IMG/VR virus record: IMGVR_UViG_3300029448_000035
Span: 1 to 59,204 of that record
Length of the DNA: 59,204 bases
Source of the DNA: a virus
Lineage: Duplodnaviria; Caudoviricetes
Strand: one strand, 5' to 3'
Position numbers and translations under genes: made by a program. The notes under the pieces were generated by a model. It was given only the letters and a program-made list of their open reading frames with translations, had not been told where the DNA came from and made no database searches. Each line of letters opens with the position of its first letter. Positions within the stretch are counted from its first letter, which is position 1. Below, in pieces: positions 44,162 to 53,320 of this stretch.

Positions 44162-44166
44162 AGAAC

Positions 44167-44188
44167 GAGGGGCCCCGAAGGGCCCCTC
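44167..44188. terminator. terminator hairpin at the convergence of both arms
   Basis: gaggggccc-cgaa-gggcccctc; cUUCGg loop and GTTCTTT tail on - strand. Confidence 0.8.
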
Positions 44189-44265
44189 TAAGGTTAGCGA
44201 AATTACCCCGCACTATGTCGGTGTAACGGTGCTAAGATAGTACAACTGGCTGACCCAGCATTCGC

Positions 44266-46170
44266 TTATCGGACGGGACATGCTCCAGTATCGCAGTTGT
44301 CGATCTCGATATCGTCAAGCGAGAGCTTGTCCAAAGACGTGATCGGGGTGACACCAGCTTTCATCTCCTCGTACTTCTCCTTCGTAATCTCTTCCAGCGG
44401 AGCCTGATCGAAACCATGATCACTATGGAGGAGGAAGGAAACAGACTTTGTATCGACGTAGTGGTCGTGAAGCCACCATCGGATAGCCTCCAGCTCTTCC
44501 TTACGGTAGTAGATGGTGACGCTAACGCTGTTGTCTGACCACTCAGCCTGCAGCCTTCGGATCACGTCCAGTTGATCGCATGCACTCATGTCGTCAGCGA
44601 ACTGAGTGCCTTCAGGGAATGAGCAAGGAAAAGATACAACCACCGTGCTGTGGTCCTCTGTACCGTCGAAGTTGCGGACGTATTCTACGTGATACCCGTT
44701 AGCCCTAGCAACTCGTGCAAGCTCGCTATCTGTAGCCATTCGGATTCTCCTAATGTAATATTGGGAGTATCCAGGGTGAGCCCCTGGTGTAACACCAGCA
44801 AGTAGAGACAGCGTTCCAGAGGGTTTAACTGTAGTAAGCTTAATGGAAGGAGGGAACCCATGTTGTTCAGAGTATTCTTTGTCGTATGCGCGAAGATACG
44901 TATAGGCTTTGTCTAGCCAAGACTTTTGTTCTTCAGAAGCCTGAAGGTATCCAGTGACACCAATACCCATCCGCATGTTGCGGTGTACGATGTCCTCGGT
45001 TTCCTTAATGGAACACGGGATGGCAAGGCTGTGCTTGTTTACCCTGTACAGGTATCGAAGGACCTTCCTAAGTTCATCGTAGGTTTCGATGTTTGGGAGG
45101 TACACCTCAGCCAGACAGCAGGTCTCAAAGTTTTCAAGACTCTGTTCGGCACAGGGGTTGTAGCCCTGAACGTTAGGATCGGGATACTGTGTGTCTCCAG
45201 TCCTACCCATGGCACGAGAAGCTTTCAGGTTGATCAAGCCGTAAGGCTCTCCGTTACCCTTGTACCCCTCCCAGAACTCCTCTGGAAGCTTGGAGATGTC
45301 GTCACACACAACAGAGTTGTTGGACATGGCTCTCCAGTTCGGGATGTTACCGAGGTCCCAACGCTTGGCACGCAGGAAATCCATATCGTCGTAGTCACCC
45401 AGAGCAATCTGAGCAGACCTTCTGACGTTACCAGCCACCACGATCTTGCCAATGATGTTCATGATATCGAGGCAGTCCACGCTGGACAGGCGACGACCAG
45501 CCTTAGAGTTCAGGATCTTGTTAATCTCCATCATGCCCCAGACCAGGTCTTCGCTACCGCTGGCGGTACCACCGAACCCTTTGATCTTTGCACCCTTAGG
45601 ACGGATGAGGTGAGTGGCAAACGTAAAATCCTCACAGGACCCGTCCTGCCAGAAGTGAGATTCAATGACCCGCTCAAGAAGCTGGACCCATCCCTCACGA
45701 GAATCAGGAACGATGAAGTCTGCGTCATTGACATCAGCCCTCGTAATCTCGACTTTCTGGTTCCCGACCTTTGGGAGCTGGTAGATGTTTTCTCTCTGAA
45801 TGTTGAATCCAACTCCGCTACCCAACATTAACATTTCGAATGCCCACGTAAATGGGCGAACAGGCTCGTCCACAACAACGAACGCGCAGTTCTGAAGGGA
45901 TGGGAGCCCCAGTTTATCTACGGTCTTGGTTCCGAGTTGCCACAGGAATCGGCCAGCTACGGTACCTTTCAGGTCCAGCATGATGTTTCTCAACTCCTCT
46001 TGATCGACTTCGTTGAAGTTGCAACCAAGTTGGTCGTTGCATGCCTTGACTACGCGCTCGACCGTATCAGGCCACTCTTCTGTCTTGCCATCTTCGGTAG
46101 GTCGAGAGTACGTTCTCTTGAACGTGGGGTATCCTACCTCACCCCATGGAGTAAGTTTTTCTGTGCTCAT
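44266..46170 (-). CDS. nrdJ: ribonucleoside-triphosphate reductase, class II (adenosylcobalamin)
   Basis: NCAF, GNVRRSA, NPCAE, TTVKPSGT, C-terminal CDTGACPVR; no beta subunit. Confidence 0.93.
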   Translation of the reverse strand: MSTEKLTPWGEVGYPTFKRTYSRPTEDGKTEEWPDTVERVVKACNDQLGCNFNEVDQEELRNIMLDLKGTVAGRFLWQLGTKTVDKLGLPSLQNCAFVVVDEPVRPFTWAFEMLMLGSGVGFNIQRENIYQLPKVGNQKVEITRADVNDADFIVPDSREGWVQLLERVIESHFWQDGSCEDFTFATHLIRPKGAKIKGFGGTASGSEDLVWGMMEINKILNSKAGRRLSSVDCLDIMNIIGKIVVAGNVRRSAQIALGDYDDMDFLRAKRWDLGNIPNWRAMSNNSVVCDDISKLPEEFWEGYKGNGEPYGLINLKASRAMGRTGDTQYPDPNVQGYNPCAEQSLENFETCCLAEVYLPNIETYDELRKVLRYLYRVNKHSLAIPCSIKETEDIVHRNMRMGIGVTGYLQASEEQKSWLDKAYTYLRAYDKEYSEQHGFPPSIKLTTVKPSGTLSLLAGVTPGAHPGYSQYYIRRIRMATDSELARVARANGYHVEYVRNFDGTEDHSTVVVSFPCSFPEGTQFADDMSACDQLDVIRRLQAEWSDNSVSVTIYYRKEELEAIRWWLHDHYVDTKSVSFLLHSDHGFDQAPLEEITKEKYEEMKAGVTPITSLDKLSLDDIEIDNCDTGACPVR

Positions 46171-46200
46171 GTTTTTTTTTCGGAAAGGCCTACAAGATAC

Positions 46201-46701
46201 TCAGAATTCTTTTGAATACCTCCATATTCGGTAGGTATCTAAAGACCTGATGTCGTGTAAGTTAAGTTTAGTGATTAGATCTTGGCGGTCCTTCCTGCGA
46301 TACTTCTGCTTGTATGCGTCACGTTTGTTCGCGACCATAACAGCATCCCTGAGTTCATCCTCAGTGTAATGCACGAGCTCCGCCCGATCCACGATTGAGA
46401 ATCCACCTTCTTCTGGCATGTCGAAAGCGATTATCTTGGCGCCCCCATACAACCATCCAGCATTCCCTTGTACGTTCTTCAGCTCCACCCAAATCTCGTC
46501 GGGCAGATTGTTCCCTTTTACATCTACACCCCAGCGACCCATGTTGTTATGGGCCAACCAGTAGTCTACATGCTCATGTATGTCCTCAGTGTGTGAGGAC
46601 TTCTTTACGTCCAGTCCTAACTCCTCTGCCGCTCTCACAAACCGAACCTCAGCCACCCTTCCCGTCGAGCCCGAATAGGCCCTCCGCTTTTGGCTCACCA
46701 T
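46201..46701 (-). CDS. PD-(D/E)xK nuclease
   Basis: GRVAE...HVDYW...VDVKG...WVELKN..G.AGWLYG. Confidence 0.7.
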   Translation of the reverse strand: MVSQKRRAYSGSTGRVAEVRFVRAAEELGLDVKKSSHTEDIHEHVDYWLAHNNMGRWGVDVKGNNLPDEIWVELKNVQGNAGWLYGGAKIIAFDMPEEGGFSIVDRAELVHYTEDELRDAVMVANKRDAYKQKYRRKDRQDLITKLNLHDIRSLDTYRIWRYSKEF

Positions 46702-46912
46702 GAGCTTCGTAAAATTGGTTAGAGGCTTCTCTTACGAGGTCGAGTTCGTAGTTAATCTGCTGTCTCACTTTCTGTGTCAGCTCCACTACGTACCCTGGGT
46801 GTCTCTTCGGATCGCCCTCCCTGTTGAACAGGTCCTCGTAGAAGTTCGCTATCAGGCGGTGCATCCTTTCGGTTGCTACGCCGTAGCTTTTTCCCACGTC
46901 TTCTTTTGTCAT
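46649..46912 (-). CDS. hypothetical protein
   Basis: 87-aa helical ORF within the operon. Confidence 0.55.
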   Translation of the reverse strand: MTKEDVGKSYGVATERMHRLIANFYEDLFNREGDPKRHPGYVVELTQKVRQQINYELDLVREASNQFYEAHGEPKAEGLFGLDGKGG

Positions 46913-47363
46913 CTGGTATGTTGTCTTTGATTATACTTATAGCTTGTTCGACCTGCTGTCGATTCTTACAAATAAACAGCATAGGTAGCGGTTTTCCAAG
47001 TTCGGTTAAGTATTTCATAAACAACTTCCATCGCATAGGGAAGTCGTGATGAGAATGAAGAAAACCCTTCGTCTCTATGATCCAGCTCTCGTCCTTCGCA
47101 ACGAAGTCGGGCTTGTAACGTATCGGGAGTGCGATGCTGTCGCTCCGATCGGTCATGTCTTTCTTCTTCGAGGTCATCTTCCAGTACACACCCTCGTATC
47201 GGAACTTGTCCATGAGTGTATACTCGTGCTCCTCATAGGAGAAAGGTATCCCAGATTCAGCGAGAAGGTCAGCGCAGGCTTTCTCAAGCCCGCTCTTATA
47301 CCTCCCCAACTCCCTTTTCTTAGCGGACTTCCTCTTAGGAGTCTGTCCTCTCTTTCGCTTCAC
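46752..47363 (-). CDS. T7 endonuclease I-like Holliday junction resolvase
   Basis: YKSGLE...YE...YKPDF...IIETKG. Confidence 0.8.
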   Translation of the reverse strand: MKRKRGQTPKRKSAKKRELGRYKSGLEKACADLLAESGIPFSYEEHEYTLMDKFRYEGVYWKMTSKKKDMTDRSDSIALPIRYKPDFVAKDESWIIETKGFLHSHHDFPMRWKLFMKYLTELGKPLPMLFICKNRQQVEQAISIIKDNIPDDKRRRGKKLRRSNRKDAPPDSELLRGPVQQGGRSEETPRVRSGADTESETAD

Positions 47364-47379
47364 ATGGGAAAGTTACAGC

Positions 47380-49185
47380 TCAAATCGATGCGAAGGTCTC
47401 ATTTGGGGACATCTTAAAAGTTTTGTAGTTTTTGAACTCAGAACCAATAGGTTGGAACAGCTTGTCCTGTGTGTAATTCGACCTGAAGGCCGTCATGGAG
47501 CTGTCCATCGTAAAGGTTAGGGGCTCGTCAATCGACGTTGGGATACCTCCCGTCTCTACATCTCGAACCTTCCTGACATGAAGCTCAGTGGTTTTCTTGA
47601 TGTTGTGGTCGGGGGCCTGGACCTTACGGTGGATCGTCAGGAAGCAGTCAGCTCGGTTGACGAACTTACCACCGCCCTCGGTGTCCTCAGCATACGGGGC
47701 TACAGGCAGACCATCGTCACCCTTGCGGCGTTGCGCTTCGGTTACAGCGTGCATGTTGAGCCATACGGCTACGTCATTGGCGTTGGAGAACGTAAGGAAC
47801 TCCGAAGCCGCTTGGTAGTGGTAGTCATGACTGTTTCCCTGCCCGCTCAGCTCCAGCTTGAGGCTGTTGTACGGGTCTACCAGAACTGCGTCGAACTTCT
47901 GCTGACGATAAATCTTCTCAAGGAAGATGATGATGTCGCTGTAGCTGTACACCTGCTTGTTGCTGATGACTGTAAAGTGGTCGTTCACCCACTTGTATGC
48001 CGCCTTCCGCTGGTCGTAAGTCATGTCCCCAATCTTGCGGTTGGTTGCAAACTGCATGAGTGTCATCTTGAGTGAGGCCGTGCGATTCTCTGAGGAGTAC
48101 ACTACCCACTTCCAGTTGTGCCGACGAGCGGCGTTCACCATCAGGTACAGCATCATGGTTGTCTTGCCCACGTTGCTGTGTCCGTTGACGATAACGAACT
48201 CCTTCTTGTATCTGAAGTGCTCGTCCAGCTTTGCGTCACCCGTATCGAGTCCGACCTGGATGCGTCCGTTGGCGTAGTCATCAATCCACCTGAAGTCTTC
48301 GTCGTCAGAGGAGATGAAGGACATATCGCCGTCACTGATGAGGAGCTCACGCTGGGCGTTCTGCTCTGCACCGATGACATCCACCAGAGGGTCTTGCTTA
48401 CCTCGCTCCAATCCTTCTCGGATGGTTTTCTTGGCGTGGTCCTCAGAGTCGATGTCTCGCTTGGAAATCTCCCTGAGCAAAATCCTAGCGGCCTCTTCCT
48501 CTTCGATCCTGCCAGCGGATACAAACCCACCGAGCAGTCGAGCGGCGTTCCTAAGTGCGGCATGCTTCTCCCCATCCTCCGCCTGACGAATCATTCGGCA
48601 CGCGAGGTTCAGCTTCATGTAGTCCGTGAACTCACCAGCCTTAGCCTCTTGAACCTGTTCGCTTCGCTCGGATGCAAACGCCCCGAACTTTTGCGCCCCA
48701 GGATTGAGGATAAGGTCAGGGTCGTAGGACTCAAAGCAAGCGCGAGACTCGTTGACGCCAGACTCATCGACCTCAAGGTCGTATTGCTTGTTGAAGTAGT
48801 TCTTGAGGGCGCGGAAGTGATCGCGATGCCGCTCTGGGTTGGTTACACGGATGAGCGCCTTGAGCCCGTCACCCGATGGAGAAACCCAACAGGAATAGAC
48901 GTAATCGTCAGTAGCCAGTACCGTCTTGGATTTCTCAACGTCGATGTGATCGAAGTCCAGTACAATAAGTCCGCTGTGGTCAAACAGACCTTCGTCACTG
49001 CGGTCCGAGAACTCCCCGCTAAAGCAGACAATTGGGAGCTTCTTCTTTGCATCCTTATCGCCATCACGAACAGCCTCAATCGTGATTTTCGATTGGCCCT
49101 CTCGGATCCTCCCAAGGGCAGTATGGATGTCCACATGGTGCGGGCTGTCCTTGTCGTACAGATTCTTGAAGAAGGTTACTTTCAT
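47380..49185 (-). CDS. primase-helicase (VirE-N/BT4734-like domain plus DnaB-like helicase)
   Basis: KKKLP..FSG, SGLIVLDFD, SPSGDGLK; Walker A GHSNVGKT; LVDPYN. Confidence 0.88.
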   Translation of the reverse strand: MKVTFFKNLYDKDSPHHVDIHTALGRIREGQSKITIEAVRDGDKDAKKKLPIVCFSGEFSDRSDEGLFDHSGLIVLDFDHIDVEKSKTVLATDDYVYSCWVSPSGDGLKALIRVTNPERHRDHFRALKNYFNKQYDLEVDESGVNESRACFESYDPDLILNPGAQKFGAFASERSEQVQEAKAGEFTDYMKLNLACRMIRQAEDGEKHAALRNAARLLGGFVSAGRIEEEEAARILLREISKRDIDSEDHAKKTIREGLERGKQDPLVDVIGAEQNAQRELLISDGDMSFISSDDEDFRWIDDYANGRIQVGLDTGDAKLDEHFRYKKEFVIVNGHSNVGKTTMMLYLMVNAARRHNWKWVVYSSENRTASLKMTLMQFATNRKIGDMTYDQRKAAYKWVNDHFTVISNKQVYSYSDIIIFLEKIYRQQKFDAVLVDPYNSLKLELSGQGNSHDYHYQAASEFLTFSNANDVAVWLNMHAVTEAQRRKGDDGLPVAPYAEDTEGGGKFVNRADCFLTIHRKVQAPDHNIKKTTELHVRKVRDVETGGIPTSIDEPLTFTMDSSMTAFRSNYTQDKLFQPIGSEFKNYKTFKMSPNETFASI

Positions 49186-49366
49186 CGGTGTATTGATCTT
49201 TAATTATGAATTGCAGGTACTCAATAGCTTTTAGGATGTCCTGCTTACCACCCTTGTTTTTGTGTCTACACACATACTTGATTACGTTAGCCTCCAAGAA
49301 CGGGATGTCATTTTCTACAATGAACTCCACTGGAGGAATCTTCATGTCATAGTGTTTAGGCTTCAT
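49076..49366 (-). CDS. DUF3310 family protein
   Basis: PKHY...F..ANVIKYVCR...KGGKQDILKA. Confidence 0.8.
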   Translation of the reverse strand: MKPKHYDMKIPPVEFIVENDIPFLEANVIKYVCRHKNKGGKQDILKAIEYLQFIIKDQYTDESNLLQESVRQGQPAPCGHPYCPWEDPRGPIENHD

Positions 49367-49620
49367 ATTGCGTTGCTGTTTACGTATCCATGGGTTTTGA
49401 TGTCCTTGCACTCCCTGATGATGATGCGCTTCTCACCCTTGAACTTCTTGCCGTAGCACTCTTGTGCCAGCCTTTCCATCGTTCGGTTGCAATGCTTCAT
49501 GATGTCAGCAGGGGTGCAGTATCGGGACACCGCCCAGGATTCTTTCTTTCTGGTAGCCTTGTTCTTCTTGTAGGCCACCTCAAGAGTCATGGAGTATATC
49601 TGGGGCCTTGAGGTTTGCAT
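49363..49620 (-). CDS. hypothetical protein
   Basis: 85-aa ORF coupled to next gene. Confidence 0.6.
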   Translation of the reverse strand: MQTSRPQIYSMTLEVAYKKNKATRKKESWAVSRYCTPADIMKHCNRTMERLAQECYGKKFKGEKRIIIRECKDIKTHGYVNSNAI

Positions 49621-49897
49621 TCCACTTGCGCTTTAGTTTCTTGGACATCCATACCATGTCTACCCTCTGTCCGATCTTCTCCCACGAATCTTGTCGAGTC
49701 AGGATGACGCAGTTATCACCCTCTTTGTTCGGAATGAACAGGAGCAGGAAGTCGGTGTCGAATTTAGGGACGGATACCGTGAAGTCTTTGTCGTAGTTCT
49801 CCGCGTGAACGTAGAAGGACATGCGCCTTCCGTTCTTACAGGCAGAGAAAGTTTGGGGGCTGAGAAACTCGATGTCCCTCAACCCCCATTCCATCAT
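49580..49897 (-). CDS. hypothetical protein
   Basis: Distal part of ORF 49580..50014; start uncertain. Confidence 0.55.
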   Translation of the reverse strand: MMEWGLRDIEFLSPQTFSACKNGRRMSFYVHAENYDKDFTVSVPKFDTDFLLLFIPNKEGDNCVILTRQDSWEKIGQRVDMVWMSKKLKRKWNANLKAPDILHDS

Positions 49898-49916
49898 GGC
49901 GTATAGCCCAAACCCC

Positions 49917-50222
49917 TTAGAAAGGAAGGTCATCCTGAGCCACTTGCTGGCTGGCGGCCTTAGCCTCGCGCTTCTCCTTGGCAGCTTCGCTGTTCGGATT
50001 GAAGACACGGGCACAGGCCTTGCCGTTTTTACTCATGAAGAGAGTGAGGTATACGTTACCTCCTCGCCCTTCTTCATCACGGCGTGTAACGTACTGGTCA
50101 AGCATGTCCTTGAGTTCGTTGTCCTTGAGTCGGACGGACCATGCGATCAGCTCGTTATTGTCATTGTACTTGGGGTCGTCAGCCCAGCCGACGAGAACGG
50201 AGTCATACTTAGTATCGCTCAT
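49917..50222 (-). CDS. single-stranded DNA-binding protein
   Basis: C-terminal DDLPF tail; beside exonuclease and recombinase. Confidence 0.7.
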   Translation of the reverse strand: MSDTKYDSVLVGWADDPKYNDNNELIAWSVRLKDNELKDMLDQYVTRRDEEGRGGNVYLTLFMSKNGKACARVFNPNSEAAKEKREAKAASQQVAQDDLPF

Positions 50223-50312
50223 AATAGTGTATTGATTAGAATTGAAAAAATTGAGATTACGGTTGTGTAGATGAGTACCATGACGCCCCCTATAAGGAGC
50301 GGAGTACCCCAT

Positions 50313-51101
50313 TCAGATTTTAAGTTGGAGATAATCCGATGAAGGTTGGGAGTCATTAATGAGGAATGATTGAATTTTACTTACTGCATCGTTGAACTTC
50401 ATTTCCCCAGAAAAGAGAGTTTCTTCGGAGCACTCAATAATTGCGGGAAGATACGGCGAGGTCTTTTCTTGGGCAAGCCAATAGAACCTGTCAATATCGA
50501 ACACCTTTGTGTAGATGTAGGCCTGAATGTCGTAGCTGAAGTCACGGACGCTGTACCTAAACTTAGAGATGGACTTGGTCGACTTAGAGTCTACAATAAA
50601 CCCATCACCCAAGCAATCCAAGAAGCCTTTCACCTTGACAGGGCCAAGCATCTCGTTAAACTCTACCTGATACTGCCCGTCAGACAAGTACATAGAGGAT
50701 AGTCCACATGCATCAAGCCTCCCGATCATGTCGTTAGCCATCTTCCAGTCCTCAGGAGACACGAGCTTATTCCCGTTGGATTCAGCCTCCTCTACGAGCT
50801 CCTTCTTGCGCTTCTTGAACTCGGCTGACATAGTGGGCCGTTTCATCTGCCTTACAGCGGATGTACACATGTCCAGGATCTTGTCGTCAGAAACAACCGT
50901 GTACAGATCCATGGCCTTTTCACGCTCAAACAGGAGCATGTCGTAAAGAGTTCCGAAATCCAATGCAGGGGACTCAAACTTGAGTTCACGCTTCATGTAC
51001 AGGTCGAACTTAGCCATGTCGTCAAGCGCAACCTTGAGAGAGGAGTACGACAAGTGTGCCTTGCCGTACCTCTCTTCGAGGGCAGATGGAATATCAATCA
51101 T
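50313..51101 (-). CDS. RecE/ExoVIII-like exonuclease (DUF3799-type PD-(D/E)xK)
   Basis: LSYSSLK, DFGT, KGFLD, VDSKST, YDIQAYIY. Confidence 0.8.
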   Translation of the reverse strand: MIDIPSALEERYGKAHLSYSSLKVALDDMAKFDLYMKRELKFESPALDFGTLYDMLLFEREKAMDLYTVVSDDKILDMCTSAVRQMKRPTMSAEFKKRKKELVEEAESNGNKLVSPEDWKMANDMIGRLDACGLSSMYLSDGQYQVEFNEMLGPVKVKGFLDCLGDGFIVDSKSTKSISKFRYSVRDFSYDIQAYIYTKVFDIDRFYWLAQEKTSPYLPAIIECSEETLFSGEMKFNDAVSKIQSFLINDSQPSSDYLQLKI

Positions 51102-51242
51102 TGAAATAGGGGTGAAGTGATAATGCAGTTGGACACCAGATACCTACGTACAGGGAGGCCATTTGACTCCCCGTAAACCAAAGGGTTAGGGAGAGTGTCA
51201 TCGAAGCCAGCGCAAAGGCCAGCAGGAATTTCTGTGTATTGT

Positions 51243-51788
51243 TCATCGCACAAACTTTTTAAGTCCAGTCTTCTGCTTGTCAGTCAGCTGGTCACCATAC
51301 TTGGTAATGATGCTGTCGAAAGCCTTTTTCTTGTCAACCGCACCCTTGATGTAGGTCACGGCCTTGTCCATGATCGAGACCTCGTCTTTCTTGGACTTGG
51401 CTGTCGTCGCAGGCTTATCGGGGGCTGAGTCCTGCTTAGCAATCGCATCTTGCACCTCATTCGCAGAAGCGATAGAAGCATCAATACCGATACCAAGCAT
51501 AGCCAGAGCACGCCCTACAGCTGAGGTCTCGCAGTTCTCTACGTAGCTCGTCTTGTTGATGTTGCTTGCGGTCTTCACCTCGTGGGCATGTCCCACTGCA
51601 ATCGTGTGTCCGTCTGCGTCGACGATGGAAGCTCGGCAAAGGCACTCGGCATCGGTGAGCATGGGAAACTCAGTATGGATGCCCCAGTTCTTGTACTGGT
51701 CCTCTTGACGAAAAAACTTGATACGCTCGTTGACTTCGACGTACTGCTTGCCACGGATGTTCGTGGTCTTGAACTTGTAATTACTCAT
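51243..51788 (-). CDS. single-strand annealing recombinase (Rad52/Sak-like)
   Basis: GKQYVEVNERI...ENCETSAVGRAL..LGIG..SIASA.EV; paired with exonuclease. Confidence 0.7.
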   Translation of the reverse strand: MSNYKFKTTNIRGKQYVEVNERIKFFRQEDQYKNWGIHTEFPMLTDAECLCRASIVDADGHTIAVGHAHEVKTASNINKTSYVENCETSAVGRALAMLGIGIDASIASANEVQDAIAKQDSAPDKPATTAKSKKDEVSIMDKAVTYIKGAVDKKKAFDSIITKYGDQLTDKQKTGLKKFVR

Positions 51789-52207
51789 TTGTTTTCAGTT
51801 TGCGGGATTGGGATTGAGTCGAGTTCGTTGCGGAGCACTGCGCACTCCTGTTCTAAAATGTAGATTTGATTTGTGAGGTTAGCAAGGCGGTCTGCTTTGC
51901 TGGTTGCTGAAAGCCGATTGTCTACGATAAGTTTCGCTTTCTCGTATAGGTCTTGATAACCCTTCCAGAACTGAAGGTTATCCATGTGATTGATGGTCAT
52001 GTGTGCTATGGTCGATCGGTCTCGTCTGAGCACCTCTGCGACTTCTTGCTGATTGTCTGCCCAATGAGACAGGGCTACGCCGATGGCGTTACGCGCTTTG
52101 ACTTGGTCTGCCCGCCGACTATCGTCGGGGAGCATGCCAATCGCCGCGTAATAAGTCTCGATGGCTGATAGCATCAAGAGCTTGCGATTGTGTGGGTTGA
52201 ATTTCAT
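51785..52207 (-). CDS. DnaA C-terminal-like HTH protein
   Basis: RRADQVKAR...VAEVLRRDRSTIAH resembles the DnaA domain IV RDHSTV motif. Confidence 0.65.
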   Translation of the reverse strand: MKFNPHNRKLLMLSAIETYYAAIGMLPDDSRRADQVKARNAIGVALSHWADNQQEVAEVLRRDRSTIAHMTINHMDNLQFWKGYQDLYEKAKLIVDNRLSATSKADRLANLTNQIYILEQECAVLRNELDSIPIPQTENK

Positions 52208-52325
52208 TTGGGATGTGAATTTAGTGTGTTATTGTCTAATCCGCAAGGAAAAAGCGGACTTTGTTTCTTCGGGCTACTCACGGCCTGTCACGGGCTCTCC
52301 CCGCGCACCATACGTCCGCCCTGGG

Positions 52326-52667
52326 TCAGCGTTCTGACTCCGATTCCTTGGTGACTGACTCGTGGATAGCGGCGTACTTAATCATGGAGATGATGACAGA
52401 CTCCATCTTATCGCGCAGGTTGTGCATCTCGATCTTTACGCCATCGTCGTATCCGAAGATGTCGCAACGCTCGTCGATAAACTTCGAGGCAATGCTGTTG
52501 TTGTGTTCGATGAACTGGTGGAGGTGTGCCGATGTGGGAACAGAAGTCCACAGCATTACATCATCTTCCAAGATGTCCTCACAGGCAAACACCTTGGCGA
52601 CAACGTCTTCCTTGGTGTTCTCTGCGGTCATCTCCGCTACGATGCGGATGGCTCGCTCATTTGTCAT
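52326..52667 (-). CDS. hypothetical protein
   Basis: 113-aa ORF. Confidence 0.7.
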   Translation of the reverse strand: MTNERAIRIVAEMTAENTKEDVVAKVFACEDILEDDVMLWTSVPTSAHLHQFIEHNNSIASKFIDERCDIFGYDDGVKIEMHNLRDKMESVIISMIKYAAIHESVTKESESER

Positions 52668-52803
52668 TTGGTCGGTGGTGGATTAGAACTGGGTCACCAG
52701 TGCCGCGCTGGTCGGCAAATTCCCAGTCGGGGGTTACACAAATTTCTCCAGTGCTGAGCTTGTATGCCCAGATGCACTCGTCTTGGGGGTCGGTCACTAT
52801 CAT
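52657..52803 (-). CDS. 48-aa hypothetical protein
   Basis: MIVTDPQDECIWAYKLSTG...; coupled to upstream stop; fills gap. Confidence 0.55.
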   Translation of the reverse strand: MIVTDPQDECIWAYKLSTGEICVTPDWEFADQRGTGDPVLIHHRPNDK

Positions 52804-53036
52804 CAGTCTTTGTTTTCGATTTTGTAGTATTTGTCTGCGAGCTCGTGGTGCGACATGTCCGTCGACATATACTGGTCGAGGAGCTTAGCCTTGTCTCTGT
52901 ATTTGAGTAGTCTGTTCAGCTTAACGCGGGAGTACGCCTCGGCTGAGCGTTCCCTTTTGAGTTCTACGACTGTCTGTACTGCCATAGAGACAGCCGCCGC
53001 CGAAACAAAGAGGACTGCAATTAATGATGTATCCAT
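52803..53036 (-). CDS. small protein with N-terminal TM helix
   Basis: LIAVLFVSAAAVSMAV. Confidence 0.6.
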   Translation of the reverse strand: MDTSLIAVLFVSAAAVSMAVQTVVELKRERSAEAYSRVKLNRLLKYRDKAKLLDQYMSTDMSHHELADKYYKIENKD

Positions 53037-53079
53037 TATCCGATTGTTTTTCCGTAAATCTTTTCTTCTCGCTTCTGGT

Positions 53080-53172
53080 TCATGGTGACACGTATAAGGC
53101 GGCTATAGAAAGTGCGAGTAGGGCGATGGCGGTGTACGCCAGTAGCACCCAGAAACTTGGGCTATCCTTCAT
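53080..53172 (-). CDS. 30-aa single-TM peptide
   Basis: MKDSPSFWVLLAYTAIALLALSIAALYVSP. Confidence 0.45.
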   Translation of the reverse strand: MKDSPSFWVLLAYTAIALLALSIAALYVSP

Positions 53173-53320
53173 CTTGAGTTTTGAGTTTGAGTTTTGCTTC
53201 GTATCCATTGACCATGGCTTCCAGCATGATGACGTACCTGCGGTCGCCAGTCTCTTCGAGACGATCCGTCAGGTGTTCAATCATGGAGAGCATGTCGTTC
53301 ATGTATTCATCGGTTATCAT
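53162..53320 (-). CDS. 52-aa hypothetical protein
   Basis: MITDEYMNDMLSMIEHLTDRLEE...; fills gap. Confidence 0.5.
   Translation of the reverse strand: MITDEYMNDMLSMIEHLTDRLEETGDRRYVIMLEAMVNGYEAKLKLKTQDEG

Noticed and set aside
46649-49366. Long 3' overlaps (resolvase 161 bp, DUF3310 110 bp) as frameshift or dual coding
   Set aside because: Extensions look like non-conserved run-on tails; no slippery site seen
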